In this document: in pieces, positions 62,450 through 64,000 of the stretch
Layout of the letters: each line of letters begins with the position of its first letter
How positions within the stretch are numbered: position 1 is the first letter of the stretch
Source: the human T2T-CHM13v2.0 reference genome, Homo sapiens
Assembly (NCBI RefSeq): GCF_009914755.1
Contig: NC_060929.1
Length of the DNA stretch: 64,000 bases
Reading direction: 5' to 3' (one strand)
Made by a program: the position numbers and the translations under genes
Notes under the pieces: model-generated
What the model saw: the letters and a program-made list of their open reading frames with translations, nothing else
Databases searched by the model: none
Told to the model about the DNA's origin: nothing

Positions 62450-63845
62450 ATTTTTTTATTGTGTTAACATACACATAACATAAAATTTACATCTTAACTA
62501 TATTTAAGTGTACAGTTCAGTGGTATTAAATACATTTATAATGTTTGTTGTGTAACCATCAACACCATCCGTCTCTATAACTTTCCATCTGATAAAATGA
62601 AACACTGTATTACCCTTTAAACAGTAACTCCCCATTTCCTCCTTGCCCCAACCTCTGGCCACCATCTTTCTACTGATTTTTGCTATGATTTTGATTACTA
62701 TAAGTACCTCATGTGAGTGGAATCATACAGTATTTGTTTTTTGTGACTGACCTATTTCACTTGGCACAGTGTCCTTAAGGCTTATCCATGTTGTAGCATA
62801 TGTAAGAATTTCCTTCCTTTTTAAGATTAAATAAAATTCCATTGTGTGTAGATACTGCATTTTGCTTATCCATACATCTGTTGATGGACACTTATGTTGT
62901 TTCCACACTTTAGTATTGTGAATAGTGGTATTTAAACATGGTTATACACATATTCCTTTGAGAGTCTGTTTTAAATATGGGGAGTATATATGCAGAAGAG
63001 GAACTACTGGATTATATGGTAACTCTGTTTTTAATTTTTTGAGGAACTTCCATACTGTTTTCTACAGCAGGTGTACCATTTTACATTCCCACCCAGAGTG
63101 TGCATGGGATTCAATTTCTCCACATCCTTGCCAACACTTGTTATTTTCTGTTTTCTTGATAGCAGCCATCCAGATAGGTGTCAGGTGGTATCTCATTGTA
63201 GTTTTGATTTGCATTTTCCTGATGATTAGTGATGTTGAGCAACTTTTCATGTGCTAATTGGCCATTTGTATACCTTCTTTAAAGAAATGTCTATTCAAGT
63301 CCTTTGCCCATTTTTGAATGGGGTTGCTATTGTTCTTTTTATAAATGTTTGATAGAATTCACCAGTGAAGCCATCTAATTCAGGGCTTTTCTTTGTTGGG
63401 AGATTTGTGATGAAGGAATCAATTACCTTACTAGTTATAGGTCTATCCAGATTTTCGATTTTTGTGATTTAGTCTTGGTAGGTTTTGCGTTTCTAGAAAT
63501 TTACCCATTGTATTTAGGTTATACAATTTGTTGGTGTACAATTATTTATAGTACTCTTTGTAAATCCTTTATATTTCTGTAGACTTAGTAGTAATGTTTC
63601 CATTTCCCCATTTTCATTTTCTAATTTTAGTAATTTGAGTCTTTTCTCTTTTTTCTTGGTTAAACTAGCTAAAAATTTGTCAATTTTGTTGATCTTTATA
63701 CAAAACCAACTTTTGATTGATTTTTCTGTGTTTTTTTAATTCCGTGTTTCATTTGTCTTTTGTCTAAATCTTTATTATTATTATGATTATTTAAATTTGT
63801 TTTGCTCTCCTTTTTCTAGTTTCTTCAGTTCTAAAGTAAGATTAT
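62450..63845 (-). mobile_element. L1MB-type element: 3' UTR and ORF2 end (62450-63325), then an upstream ORF2 segment (63340-63845)
   Basis: acataacataaaattt..aagtgtacagttcagtgg; ORF2 remnant [28 protein letters not shown]; then tagaattcaccagtgaagccatct. Confidence 0.85.
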
Positions 63846-64000
63846 TGATATGGTTTGGCTGTGTCCCCACCCAAATCTCATTTTGAATTGTAGTTTCCAT
63901 AATCCTCATGTGTCATTGGAGTGACCCAGTAGGAGGTAATGTAACCATGGGGGTGGTTACTCTCATGCTGTTCTCAGGATAGTGAGTTCTCATGAGATCT
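63846..64000 (+). mobile_element. THE1 (C/D-like) LTR, runs off the window end
   Basis: tgatatggtttggctgtgtccccacccaaatctcattttgaattgtag. Confidence 0.92.

Overview
Primate (human-like) genomic DNA: AT-rich, CpG-depleted and dominated by transposable elements. These include Alu/FLAM SINEs, young (L1PA) and old (L1M) LINE-1 fragments, L2, MIR, MER5 DNA transposons and at least seven LTRs (MER9/HML-3, two ERV1 MER4-group LTRs, MSTA, THE1, MER54-like, LTR33-like). I see no cellular protein-coding exon, RNA gene, CpG island or CRISPR array. The longest ORFs are LINE-1 ORF2 remnants; the rest are repeat-derived or chance frames. The window looks intronic or intergenic, and I cannot support a new biological system here. 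The real signal is in the retrotransposition mechanics: (i) an Alu + L1PA + serially 3'-transduced composite inside one 15-bp TSD (37959-39693); (ii) a 0.4-kb L1PA2/3 with a ~2.37-kb internal deletion and a target-site deletion instead of a TSD (41292-41710); (iii) a twin-primed inverted L1MA and a later AluY that reused the same nick site inside a MER5A (22400-24645); (iv) two L2 tails 764 bp apart that share 35/38 bases. Subfamily names are from recall of consensus sequences, not from a database search.
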